NCBI RefSeq assembly: GCF_964355755.1
Contig: NC_092670.1
Span: forward strand, 26,274,795 to 26,338,794
DNA: 64,000 bases
Direction: 5' to 3'
Source: Antedon mediterranea
Lineage: Eukaryota > Animalia > Echinodermata
The position numbers were made by a program, and so were the translations under genes. Of the stretch, positions 50,029 to 63,259 are shown in pieces (the first letter of the stretch is position 1; each line of letters starts with the position of its first letter). The notes under the pieces were generated by a model. The model saw nothing but the letters and a program-made list of their open reading frames with translations. It did not search any database and had not been told where the DNA came from.

Positions 50029-53000
50029 GTGTTAAAGAAATGACAAAGAAGCTTAAAAAGGATGCACTTTCAGAAGAATCTAAAAAAGATTCTGTTAACC
50101 AAATTCTAGACAAGGTTTGGTAATAATTTTAAAAACAACTACTGTACAACATTACTATTTAAAATAAAAATTCTAACTAAAGAAGGATTGGTGATTTTAA
50201 TTAATTTAAATGTTTCTTTCTCATAAATCTTTCAAAAACCCCTACAAATTTTACTGTACCCATTGATAAAATTGAATATTATGCCAGATGTGTACAGTCC
50301 TTTGCATGAAGACATGTTCTACTGTACCACCAACACTTAAATACTCAGCCACTCGACTCGGGTATGGAAACGCATCTAAAATAGTAAATTTCCTTTAGAT
50401 TTAAATCTAAACTTAATTTTTTCACCATTAGGCTGAAGCGTGTATGGACACTTTTGACTTTGAGATGGCTCAAAAACATTGTCAAGCAGCACTAGAGATA
50501 GAACCAGACAATGTGCGAGTACTGGAGACAACTGGAAATCTGTTGGTGGAAATTGGAGATGTCGAGGGAGCTAAAAAAATATCCTTTAGTTACATTTGTT
50601 TTGTTGCATAACCTTATGAAAATAATAAACGATGAATGGTTGATTTTAATACACCATTTTGCAATGTAAACCCACATTAAAAAAAATGTACTGTAACATT
50701 CTGGTTAAAATCCCTGTGACTGCCTTATAATATTAAATCGTTCTCTTCCTTAACTATTTTAACTGCTTTGGTAGAGCGGTGAGTATTTGTCCCGACTCTG
50801 GCTATACTAAGTACATGTATTTAGGACAGGTGTTTGAAGGTCAGCAGGCTATTGACTGTTTTCACAAAGGAATTGATATTATGTTAAGTGAGAAAAAACA
50901 AAAGGTTAGTGTTTCACAGCATACCATATATGCTATACTTGGGGCAGTTATTCTTTTCTTAGAATGCTAATTTTTAAAAAGGAAACAGTTATGCATTGCC
51001 TTTAAAAGATATATTTTATTAGGATGATATGTTCTTTATAATTGTTATTGAAAATCCATGTTTCTTCCATAGGCAAACAAAACTTCTGAAATTAGTGTTT
51101 TGAATAATGCAATTGCAAGTGCATACTGTTCAATAGCTGAAATGTATCTGACAGATTCATGGTATGTTTTTCTAGCATTGATTTAAACTATTGTATTAAA
51201 TAATTGTTACCACTGGTGAAAGTACCAATTTGATGAACAGTGTAGTATAGCAGAAACAAATGTTGAGTTAGTTTAGGAATAATAGTATGCCTAACAAAGC
51301 ACTTTTAAATAAAGCAATTATTATTATACACATCCTAACATGAGGCATACACATCAGCCTCACAGGAGGCAAACACACCTGCTTCACAGTAACTTTTATT
51401 GCCGTTACGCAATAAATTTGGTAGTAGTCGCTGTTTCTAAAACGCAGTAGACACAACAATTCAACGGTACAAACGTCCGGTATATTCCTTTTATTGTAGC
51501 TGGCTTAACACAATACCACGGCTTACCGGCAAGCTGGCTTAACAACACCACTGCTTGCACCAGTTATAACCTTCAATCTACGTTAACACTGTTTTATACA
51601 CTGTAACACTTGTCCAACTGGTAAACAGTAACTTACTAACATAGATTTCGCATCTCCGTTGCCTTTTATAAGCGGACACATTTGTTATGCAAATTAAAAC
51701 TTTACGGCTGACTAAGCCAACAACACCGCATGGTGTTTAACAATACAGTACTAACTTTACTCTAGCAACAGTAACCATCCAGGCCTAGGCCTAACTCTGC
51801 ACATACATTACTAGGCACCTAAAAGCATAGTATTTCTGGGTGAGACATTAATGTTGACATTTCAGATAAGATTGCCAAATTTGAAAAATTGAAACTTTGA
51901 AACTTTACCTAAACAAGAAAAGAGAAAAACTATTGTTGACAAATATTGTCGGGTACCTGGTAATCTAATGAAATTATATGTTTCCCGGGTAAATAAACAT
52001 ATGGAGTAGAATAAAAAGCTTTTACAAACCGAGGGATTTCAGGGAAGCAGTCCTACAGGACTCCGTTGTGAGGGCCACAAGTGCCATATCCATTTGTATT
52101 GACATTCTGCTAGAAGCAAAAGGAACAAAGAAGGCTCCAAACTACAAGCCACGCTTATTCAATTGTCAATAAAGAACAGATGCATGCAAAAACACACCAG
52201 AACAATTTCTCTTTGGTAATTTGATCTAAAAAAGGTTAATGACAGATTCAAAGCTTGATGGAAAGATTTTTGTCTTGCCAGAACCAACCTCAAGTGGGGA
52301 GATACTCCTTACACGCTCCTTAGCTCCAATTTCTCACATTCACTCCCAAGTACCAGCCAGTACCAGGGGACAGTCTGGTCAGAGGGCAAATGAGTAAGAA
52401 TGTAACTAAACCTAAAGGTATACTTAATAACATGGGCATTTGCCATAGTTATCAATGTATTAAGAATTTTTGTGAGACAAACAACAGGGACAGCCGATTT
52501 TAAATCCATAGAGAAAATATTGACACAGAATGGAAATTAAAAGGAATATAAAAGAAAAATCATACTACCATTTCCACTGCAAGAAACTATGAGTTTGTCG
52601 CAAAAAGAGATTTAGAATATGAAAGCATGAATATGCATGCATCTAAAGTTTGACGTTTTTTGATTCACATGAACAAATTCGCCTAGTGGAAAACAGCTTT
52701 TACGATTTCATACATGTTTTCAGTGCTGGTTTCCTTAATCCTGAGTACTGCTTTGTCTATTTGGGTTTCCAAATCTATCACATACATTCTTTTGTGAACC
52801 AATTGTTATGCTATTATTTAATGTTGCTTTAATATTACAGTATATCAAATTCTTTTTTATATATTTAAAATAAATTGTTTATTTCTATGTTTCTTTATTC
52901 AAGTTTCGAAGATAAAGCAGAAACCCAGTGTCATGAAAACCTAGAGTCAGCCTTGCAGTACAACCCAAACAACCCTGAAGCATATCAATTGATGGCAAGC

Positions 53001-54456
53001 TACTTCCTTAGCACACAGTCCAATCAGGTACATTTTGCATTTATATTTTTGTATATCTTCCATACACTGTAAAACAACATTGCATTTCTCTTTTTTTAAT
53101 TTATTCATAAAATCGACAATTTGTAAAATTGATGATTCATAAACTGTTCGTAAAATTTAAGTTTAATGTTTACTTAAAGAACAAATATAACGTTGGGCAT
53201 AATGAGAGGCAGAGGCAGGATTTTAGAGCCGTTGGTACGAGACTGTAGGTTTGCAATTTAAAAACCTTGTTTTTTTTCAGCATGCTAAAGAAATGATTAA
53301 AAAGAGTATAGCATTGTGGTTGCCAAAACTGAAAGAAATTGAGAGCAGTAAACCAGTTGGTGGCGAGTTTGACCCTGTTGAGGTTTGTCCACTGAGTTAC
53401 CTCAGTCGAATTAGTGCTGTTAAGATTCTTATAGAAGTTGAAGAATTTGATGTAAGTTACCAAAAAAAAATTAAATATCAAAGATTAATAATCTTTTTCT
53501 TATTAATCTTTTTCATATTAATCTTTTTCTTAAAAATCTTTTTCTTATTAATCTGATTGCATTACGTTTTATCTAATGTTGATAATTAACACACTCTAAT
53601 TGCACATTCAACTTTTCTAAACATTTTCAGAATTTGTGCCAAGCGATATTGTAGACTGATCTGCATTTGAAAATCAATTAGTTGGACCACTGCCTTTTTG
53701 AAGGGCCTAGCTTCCCGGCCTAGCATTTGTCAATGATTTACGATAAATAAGTTGAATAAATGTAGGGTGTAAAATAAATAAAATAATATAAATATTGAAT
53801 GTTTTGCATTCATTGAATGGAGAAAAATTGACTCTAATTTGAATTTGGCTCATTAAAATAGAGCAGTTAATTATTCAACTCGTAAAATATTCTCACCATC
53901 CAATTCATAAACATTCATTATTTGTATAAAACTTCTTCTTTCATTTTCATCAATATGTTCCTTCAATTAATCATGTTTATTTGGTTTTACCTTGTTTAGG
54001 TTGCTGAAGAAATTCTACAAATGTTGTTAGAAGAGGATGATGAAGTGATTCAAGTGTGGTACCTCCTTGGCTGGCTCCATTGTTTACAAGACACTGAAGA
54101 AAATAAATCATATGCTAGATATTTTTTACAAAAAGCCAAGAAGGTACTTTAAATTTACTGTAAATGCTTGTGAAATGTGAAGAATAATGAATTAATTCAT
54201 CAGAATCTATAAGAGCCTATTCTAAACTATTCTTTACATACATTTTTCTGCATTTCAGCTCAGTCAAAAGGTTGATGATGATAGCTATGTATCCATGACT
54301 TCACATATTGATGAACTATTAGAGAATGTTGGACCTGGAGATGGGGATACTGAGGATTGGCTACAAAAATCACTTGAAAGAGCAAAGAAAAATGATGATG
54401 ATGTATCAAGTGATGATGAATCAAGTGGTGAGGAAGAAGAGAATATGGAACATTGA
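50029..54456 (+). CDS. ACL4: TPR protein, probable assembly chaperone of RPL4; exons 50029-50114, 50432-50578, 50764-50904, 51073-51161, 52904-53027, 53281-53451, 54000-54143, 54259-54456
   Basis: Spliced product ...QILDK/AEACMDTFDFEMAQKHCQAALEIEPDN...AKK/CFGRAVSICPDSGYTKYMYLGQ...AYCSIAEMYLTDSC/FED...PNNPEAYQLMASY...SIALWLP...RISAVKILIEVEEFD/...EEDDEVIQVWYLLGW...acidic tail. These are ACL4-family hallmarks. Confidence 0.93.
50579..50763 (+). other. U12-type (minor spliceosome) AT-AC intron
   Basis: 5' site ATATCCTTT, branch site TTCCTTAAC at 50746-50754, terminal AC at 50762-50763. Excision keeps the ACL4 frame. Confidence 0.93.
51850..52650 (+). pseudogene. possible DIRS/Ngaro-type gag relic in an ACL4 intron
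   Basis: Fragments KYCRVPGNL..YVSRVN..IW and FLFG..L.KKV resemble tyrosine-recombinase retroelement ORF1; heavily disrupted. Confidence 0.35.
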
Positions 54457-54709
54457 TGTTACTCATTCATACAGTCTAACTATCGAAAAATATTTGTGTT
54501 ATAAAAACTTGAAAGATGAACTAGGAGATTGACTATATTTATCTAATTACACAATTTTAAAAGTATCAAATAAAGAAAAAAACTAATAGACTTGGCAGCC
54601 AGAGAATGTATTCATGTGAAAACTACAAAAGGTTTGATGGACTGATTATGTAGATATATAGCCAAGTTTAAAAAATCATGTCAAAAGCCAAAAATTGTGT
54701 ATACAATGA

Positions 54710-55420
54710 AAGCAACTTTATCTTTGTTGCCCGAGACAGTAGCCCCAAGTGACCACTGGAAAATGGTGTTATTCATGTCAAGAGTCACACTGCTAATTCT
54801 ATTTGCATTGCAACTGTTGCACAGTCAAAAATATTATGGACAGTAACTTTATCCTGTAAGTTGCCCCAGACAGTAGCCCAAAAATGCCTGTTGGGCGATA
54901 ATAGATTTAATCATGCGAAGAGCCAGAACGCTAATTTCTTTTACATTGTACCTATTGCACTTTGGGATATACGAAAATACCATTAAAATCAACTTTTTCC
55001 TGTTTCCTCAGACAGTAGCCCAACAATTTCCGATGCCGACCCCTACAAGATTTAATAACTCGAGGAGCCACACAGCATATTGTTTGTATTGCGATATATG
55101 AAAGTACCATTGACAGCAACTTTATTCTGTATGTTGCCCACAAAATCCCCAGCAACTAAGATTTAACCACACGGCTAATTTGTTTTGCATTGTAACTATA
55201 TTAATCTTGGAGTATACGAAAATACCATTGGGATATACAAAATACATGGGAGTCGGCAGCAATTTTTCCTCCAGACAGTTCCCCCAAACATTTACTATAA
55301 TAACTATGATTTAAGCGTATGAAGAGACTACAACTTATTCCACTTTACACAATACGAAAATACAACTTTATTCTCGTAAGTTGGCCCAGACAGATTTCAT
55401 CATGTGAAGAGCTAAGATGG
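54710..55420. repeat. diverged tandem repeats (~120-150 bp)
   Basis: Recurrent caactttat...gttgccc..gacagtagccc and ctaatt...ttgcattg at ~54712, 54843, 54990, 55116 and 55362. Confidence 0.6.
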
Positions 55421-56014
55421 TTAATTCTTTTTTTCTCATTGGAACTGTGCACATTGGTATACACTACAGCTTTGTCCCTTTTACATAAGGATCACCTATA
55501 CTTTGTGACAAGTGACAATTCAATTGTATATATTTTTTTTTTTAAAGTGTTTTGTGTTTTGAAACCATTGAAAAGAAGTCTATTTTAAAATCAAGCCCCC
55601 TGGGCTTCTTTTCAAGAGAGTATGGACTTCTTTTCGAGATAGACTATTTGAATATCAAAGGAACAACGGTTATTTATGATCGAGTTTATATCATACATTT
55701 ATTTTACAGTTTAAAATGGTATTTTGATCACAACTATGTAAGATAAAAAACACTCCATTTCATAGACCATTTTCTTTCGCCCTCGAAACTTCTAACGGAG
55801 GTAAAAAAAACCATAATACCATATGCCTGCGCCTATAAATAATTGTGTTCGTATTTAGTGGGTTTTCAATTTTTTCTTCTAAATGGAAATAGTCTCATTG
55901 TCTTAATAGTATTAATGCTACTTTGAATCTAATTAGTTACACTTTATATTATATTACCTTACAATATTCATGATTTTAACAATACAGATTCTCCTTCTAA
56001 AACATGTCTGTATC

Positions 56015-57835
56015 TTATCATCAGCCGTTGTCAGTCCACTGCTGGACGAAAGCCTCGGCATGTTTCTGCCGTAGTGAACGATCTCTAGCTGCTCCCTGCC
56101 AATGCACTGTACCCCAATACTTGTCTATTTCATCTCGCCATCTCACTCTTTGTCTTCCTCTATTTCTGCTCCCATCCATGGGTCTCTATGATGTCATTAG
56201 CAAAGTCCATCTATTGTCTGTTTTCCTACTGATATGTCCAGCCCACTTCCACTCACTTAATTTGATAGTTCTCATAATGTCTAGGACTTGTGTTTGTTTC
56301 ACACCCATTCATTTATTTTTCTGTATGTGATTCCAAGCATATTTCTTTCCATGTTGTGCTGTGCTGCTGCTACTTTTCCATTTTATTTGACAGTGTCCAG
56401 GTCACAGCTCCATATGTCATGGTTGGTTAAACACGCATTGATTAAAGACCTTTCTTTTTAGGCTTGACGGTATTTCCCGTCTCATGATGTTGCTCAGTTT
56501 TCCATATTGGCACCAGCCTAATCTGATCCTCCTCTTTATCTCCTGTTCTTGATTCTTTTCTTTCAGGCTAAATCTCTGCCCCAGATAGATATATTCATTA
56601 ACTTCATCAATTTTATTGCCATTAATAGTCACAGATCCATGAGGTATCATGGAATTTGCCATATTCTTCATATTCATTTTCAATCCAAAACATTTGCTGG
56701 CATTTGCAAGGTCTTTAAGCATATCCTCTATTTCACTAATTTGCTCTCCCAGGACAACAATGTCATCTGCAAACCTCAGATGATTACATTTCTCCATTGA
56801 TATCCACTATTTTATCCTCCCACTCCAGTGAGCGAAATATGCCTTCCAAACAGGCTGTAAACAGTTTAGGACGAAATTGTATCGCCTTGTCGGACACCCT
56901 TCTTTATGTGGATTTTCTCGCTTGGTTTGTGCATCTTAACTGTGGTAGTTCAGTTGGTGTAGATGTCCTTGAGTAGGTTAATGTACTTATGATGAATTCC
57001 TTGATATTAAGAGCTTTAGAACTGACTGTGTCTCCACCGAATCAAATGCCTTTCCATAGTCTATGAAGGCCATACAAAGCGGTTTGTTGTATTCTTGGCA
57101 TTTTTCTTTGAGCTGGTTCAGTGTATGAATATGATCCATGGTGGAAAACCCACTCCTAAACCCTGCTTGTTCTCTGGGTTGGTGGCTATCAAGTGAATTT
57201 TCCATTCGATTTGTCAGGATTCTTGTAAACAACTTGATGTTTGAAAGAAGACTAATAGGTCTGTAGTTTTTGAGATCCCCCTTTCTTGAAAAGGATGATC
57301 ATGTTAGCTTCTTTCCACTTCTCTGGCACTTTCCTCTGTGTATAGCTTCGCCAGCTTCTTAGCAATGACATCTTCCCCTCTTTGATTGTGTCAATTAAAA
57401 TCTGGTCCTGGTGCTTTTCCTCGTTTCATGTTTTTGACTGCATGCTGCACCTCCCAATATGTGATGTCTGGAGTTTCTTCTGAGTCTATGGATAATTGAA
57501 GTACTGGCTGCTTTGATAGAGTACTTCATAAAATTCTTCAATCCTCATCAAAATCATGTCTTGATCTGTGATTTCTCTCCCTTTTTTTTTTATCAAGTAA
57601 TGTTATTTTCTGCTTTTTACTTGCAAGTTTCTGCTTTGTTTTCTTTAAACTTCTATTGTTTGTTATTGTTTTTTGAATTTTAAGAGTGTTGTATTTTCTG
57701 ATGTCTTGTCAGAGTTTCTTTCGTATTGTCTTGGATGTTTCTGTATATTCAACATTCTGGAATCCAATTCCATCTCTCTTCATATTCCTCCTTTTCTCCA
57801 TTTGCCGCTTGGTGCGATCTGAGAGTTTGGACTTG
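56015..57835 (-). mobile_element. 5'-truncated degraded RTE-type LINE
   Basis: [48 protein letters not shown]; 3' end gcagtggactgacaacggctgatgat. Confidence 0.9.
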
Positions 57836-58232
57836 TTACAACCGCTAATGTAGAAAACGCCAGCTAATGTAGAAACAACCGTTAGTGTAGAACAATCCAC
57901 CACTAATGTAGTAAAACAGCTTATGTAGTAAATAACAATCAACACCAGCCAATGTACAAACGGTCAACAGCTTATGTAGTAATGAAAATTGCCTCTCAGC
58001 TTATGTAGTTACTATCGCCAGCTAATTTAGAAAATGTTATATATTTTACAAAAATGTCTAAATCATGTGGAAATGCATCGATCTTTACTTAGATATCAGT
58101 CTTTCCACCGCTCGTAAGCAACCAACTTTCTAAAACGACCACACATCGTAAGCAACCATCTCTGTTAAGGGACCGCTTCTCATAATCGATCACCTCACCA
58201 CTTCTCGTAGAGTTCTGCGGTGTGACGTCACA

Positions 58233-58573
58233 ACGGTAGATGGCACTGCGTGGTTGCTAGCGCAACCAAAAATGCGTTCAACGCTATATGTTGATAACCA
58301 CTATAGATTTGTGTTGCTATATATATCTTAGCTTATAATTTTTAACTTAAACTGTAGTTGAAGAATAAATAGATTATTAAAAACAAATATTTAGTGATCT
58401 TTTGAAATTTTAGTTTGTTTTTATTGAAAATTATTAAGTTTTAAAAGACTACTTCAATAAGCCTATTCCAAAACCATTGGTGAACTAGGAGTCACTCAGG
58501 CAGGTTGAACGCATTTTTTGGTTGGCTAGCAACCATGCAGCGCCACCTACCATCCATGCAGCGCCACCTACCG
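58233..58573. mobile_element. small TIR element nested in a Tc1-type subterminal-repeat relic (58100-58830)
   Basis: acggtagatggcactgcgtggttgctagcgcaaccaaaaatgcgttcaac is inverted at gttgaacgcattttttggttggctagcaaccatgcagcgccacctac(cgt). Confidence 0.6.
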
Positions 58574-59372
58574 TAAATGACCCCCACTTGTAAATGACCC
58601 CCCTCTATTGAACAACCACCATCTCTGTTAATGGACCGCTTCTCATAATCGACCACCTCTCAGAAGTGATCACCTCCTTGGGACCCCCTTTCATTTATTT
58701 TTTGTCACAGGACATGTGCCTTTATCAAAAAGTTACCGATCAGCCCGTTTTTTTTTTGGTGATAAGAGAGGTGGTTGATTATGAGAAGTGGTCCTTTAAT
58801 AGAGGGGGTGTTCCTTTAAAAGATGTCGTCACTGGTCAAAAATAAAGTTTCAACTAGGGCCATATCCGCCCAACAATTTCCGAGATATGAAGTGTATCCC
58901 AAGCCGAAAATGTTTGTGCCGGCTATATGTCAAAGGTCAAAATTGAGGGTTTTATGACAGTTTTATGATTTTTATTACATTAGAACAAACAGCCCAAAAA
59001 TTATTTGTATCGATATAAGGAAGCAAAAAAACACTGTTGGCATAGTTTGCTAGAGGGTGCAGGTAACCCCTTTCTGGCTCCCCAACTATATTGTTTATTT
59101 AATGTATATTTAACATTATATTTAAAAAGAAAAATAATGTTTTAATGGTTGCATCTGGACTGGACTCAATCAAGCTCATCTTAAAATTGCCCCAGAGTTA
59201 AACTTGTGTTCCTCTCCCAATTGATAATGTAGAAAACAGCCACACATCAGTTTCATAAGATTTTATTTACATTTTCATATACTGAGTTTATCAAGTACAG
59301 TATTCTAATTGTCTATTCATGGTTAATAAATAAAACCCAAAATTACCCAATAAGCTCTAAGTTGAGGAATGT

Positions 59373-59602
59373 AAATTGTCGTATTCGATTGGGAACTTTC
59401 GTTGTCAACGTAAAGATTCGTTGAGTACTTTTTGTATTCGACTTGTAAATTTGTGCTCAACAGAAAGTCATTCGAATAGAAAACGTTGACAACGAAAGCT
59501 TTTTCGTGAAGAACAATCTCAACGCTCAAAATACTCCGTTAAAGAAGTACTCAACGGAAAAACTGTACTCAACGGTGAAAGTCTAAATCGAATACGACAA
59601 TT
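59373..59602. mobile_element. ~230-bp MITE-like inverted repeat
   Basis: aattgtcgtattcgatt ... aatcgaatacgacaatt with internal cgttgagtac / gtactcaacg repeats. Confidence 0.55.
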
Positions 59603-60649
59603 GTTTTTACTACAATGTAGAAATTAATTTGATTTAAAGCGAAATTTTTTTTTATACCAAAAACATGTTTACACTACTTTAACTTTCAATAAATATGCAA
59701 AAGAAGATTTTTTTTTAAAATACAGTATTTAAAATTGCACTAATTTTTCAGTATATGTAATATAGTATATCCACTGCCATGATATACTGAAAATGTATTA
59801 ATTAATTTGAAACGATAAGATGAGGAAATCTGTGAGAATGAGAAAAAGTTGCCCACTTTATATCAATCAATTAATTACTCTTCCAACTGAGAATTAAACC
59901 TTTTAATCCAACAGCCAAATGCCTATTTTTTTCATAACCTTACAATGTTTTCTAATTTTTTTTTTTACGGATTTTGATTCTCGATACCATCAGTCAAAAT
60001 AAAGAATTTTGTTACTGGACGGCTGTCAACAGCAACAATTTGCACCCACAGTATGAGTCTTAGGACTACAACAAAATATGGATATTTTTGTGTCATATTT
60101 CACCCCACATTTTTACCCCACATAGAGTATTTCCAATATAGGGTTTCTTGTAGCCCCACATAGAGAACCCAGAAGAGTCCATCAAGGACCAGCCCTTGGG
60201 TTCATTTAGGCAAATCCATAAATGTTCCTTAAAGATCAAGGGTACACATTTAGTTTTATTCCATATTATGGTTAAATCTATGAACTATTTACCCCATACA
60301 GGTATCAGGTCCTTATGTAGTGCACCACATACAAATCCCAAAAGAATTCTTAGAGGGTTAATTCGGGCAAATACATATCCATGGGTTATTTATTTGTATT
60401 GTGTGGACAGGCAACTTTTTCCTGTTTGGGCCAGCCTATTGAGACCAAATGTTTGACTACCCATTTCCATTAATACAGAGCCGGTATGGCCCATAGAGAA
60501 CAGAAAAGATCCTAAATGGATCAAAAAGCTGCCACTTTTTGAGAAAATGTTGCATTATTGGCCCCCTACGATAAATATTCATTATTATTATTTTTTTTTT
60601 AAACGTAGGTCCCAGTCTTGCAGCAGGTATAGATAAACCCAAAAGTAAA

Positions 60650-62412
60650 ATTGATTATGATGGAAGAGAACCCTTCAAAGACAATGTATTCAATTTTGAA
60701 CCCGTGTCATGTGAATGGGTCTTTAGCTATCTGAGCAATCTTCCAACAAATAAAGCTACTGGGTTTGACAATTACCCCCATATATTTATAAAATAGCTGC
60801 TTAAACGATTTCCCCAATTATTAAGCATATTATAAATCATTCGTTTACTACATGCTGTTTTCCTACAAATTGGAAAACTGCAAAGGTAAAACCCATATTT
60901 AAGAAAGGTGATAACTCGAACCCAAGTAACTATCGTCCTATTTCTATACTACCAGTAATTTAAAAAATTATAGAGCGTGCTGTCTTTGATCAACTATATA
61001 CATATTTAAATATTAATAACCTAATATATGTAAATCAATCTGGTTTTCGTCCATCGTACTCTACATCTACAGCACTTGCCAAAATTACTGAAAATTGGTA
61101 CAGTGAAATCGATGAGGGTAGGATGGTCGGTCTATGCATGCTGGATTTCAAAAAAGCATTTGATACGGTAAACCATCACATATTATTGAGTAAATTAAGA
61201 TTATATGGACTTAGTAATTATACAATACAGTGGTTTAAAAGCTACCTTTCTGAAAGATCCCAATTCACAAATGTCAATGATATGTTATCTGAACGTACAG
61301 TCATCAAATGTGGGGTGCCCCAGGGTTCAATCGTCGGTCCTTTGGCTTTCCTTATATATATAAATGATATGCCACGTGTTGTTAACAAGTGTAAACTTAG
61401 TATGTATGCAGACGACACTATTGTATATTATGCATCAGAAAATGAAATTTATCAAACAATAAACTATGAGCTTGAACACATTTATGATTGGCTGAAGAAT
61501 AACAAACTAAGTCTGAACATCTTAAAATTAGAATTTATGCTAATAGGATCAAATCAGAAACTCTCCAAAATTGAAAACAGAGAACGTTCTGTCCACATAA
61601 ATAATATTCAAGTTCCTAGAGTATGCTACAGTAAACATCTTGATGAAACGCTAAGCTGGAAATACCATATTGAATATACTCGTGCGAAGGCTCTAAAAGG
61701 TTTAGGTATGCTTAAACGATGTGGACACATTTTTCAAAATAATATATTAAGAAATATTGCAAATTCTATTATAATTCCACATCTAACTTATTGTAGTGTA
61801 ATCTGGGGTAATTGTGGCTCGAGCTTTCTAAAAAGAGTACAAACTGTACAAAATAGAACAGCTCGAATCATATTTGGCCTATCTTGGGACACACCAAGTA
61901 AAGATGCACTTCAGCAAGTAAATTGGCTTACCCTCTCAACTAAAGATGAGTATGAATGTTGCATGTCAATTTATAAAGTTATGACGGGGCGTGCACCCAC
62001 ATATCTATCAAATCTAGTTAAACAAAATAATTTCAAATATAACTTTAGACATAATGATACAAACCTCAATGTTCCGAAACCTCGCACTGAGTATAAAAAA
62101 CGTAGTATTTCTTATAAGGGGGTTATAACTTGGAATAAACATAATATTGATATCAATAAGATGCCACAATCTCTGAACGTATTCAAAAAAGAAATTGCAA
62201 ACATATTTAAACTGGAAGCCTAATGCTGTATTATTTTTCTCTCTTTTAATGTTTTTGTATAAATGTGTATACACTGTATTATTTGTATATCTTATATTAC
62301 CTATCACATTGTGGAAGAACACCTTTATTTTATGGTGAACGAATTTTATATTTTGTACTTTTGTATAATAATTTCGTGAATAAATAAAGATTTTGATTTT
62401 GATTGATTGATT
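60650..62412 (+). mobile_element. 5'-truncated CR1-group LINE (RT region, ORF 61123-62223 open, stops upstream)
   Basis: NYRPISILP, NQSGFR, DFKKAFDTV, GVPQGSIVGP, YADD; aataaa followed by a (GATT)n tail at ~62380-62412. Confidence 0.92.
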
Positions 62413-63132
62413 TATATTATCAAAATATAGAATAAATTTATTAATTATGTCAAAGGTCAATAACCACACTTCTGGTCATTTTCAAGCAAAATCTTCTGTT
62501 AGACTGAATATAAATATATATCTTGGGAACAATTTGCAACTAGTTTTAATTCACTCTAACCTGCCGTTAATTAGATATGGCGGAAAGAGGTCAAAGGTCA
62601 ATTGCTAAAAATGGGGTTTCCAGTCAATTTTACAAAAAAAAAACTGTTAGAGCTAATATAAACATATACAATGTGAACAATTTGACACCAAAATTAACTC
62701 AATATGTCCTGTAAATCCAGAGATATAAACATGTTTGTATGAACATAGCGGCCATTTTGTTTACGCTAATTACGCAAATTGCTCAATGCAGAGAGCCGTC
62801 CAGTAAAGAATTCTTCATTCTGATGGTATCGAGAATCAAAATCAATTAAAAAAAAAAATTTAGAAAACATTGCAAGGCTAACCATTGGGGTACAACAACC
62901 TGCCAACCAGACTATTCTGATTGACAAACAATTTGCATATGTCCTAACCATAAGACCAGTGGAGCTTTTCTCAAATTCAGTTTAATAGCGACTCTTGAAC
63001 ACTCGGCATGGTACAGCAGAACAGCACTAGTATGTAGTCAATTGACCAATTTGATAAGCCCTCATTTGAATACATAATTTTCAGTTTATTAGAATGGCTT
63101 TATCCTTCTTTCACAATGGACACCAAAAGCCT

Positions 63133-63259
63133 TCATACTCTGTTTTCCATTTCAATGGTCATATTGTTTAAACGATCAATTACCCATTCTATGGTGGGAC
63201 GTTCCATAGGTTCCACCACTAGCATAGAAGATATAAGTTCATTGATAGATGGTGAATAT
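63133..63259 (-). CDS. STK16: terminal exon of a Ser/Thr kinase (STK16-like); remainder lies beyond the window
   Basis: ttttctttgcag acceptor, then YSPSINELISSMLVVEPMERPTIEWVIDRLNNMTIEMENRV*. This is kinase subdomain XI (ML..P..RP) with the short tail I recall for invertebrate STK16. Not in the ORF track. Confidence 0.7.

Noticed and set aside
62420-62915. Academ-like element end (ccagacta) interrupted by the CR1 LINE
   Set aside because: No matching left terminus or TSD could be found.
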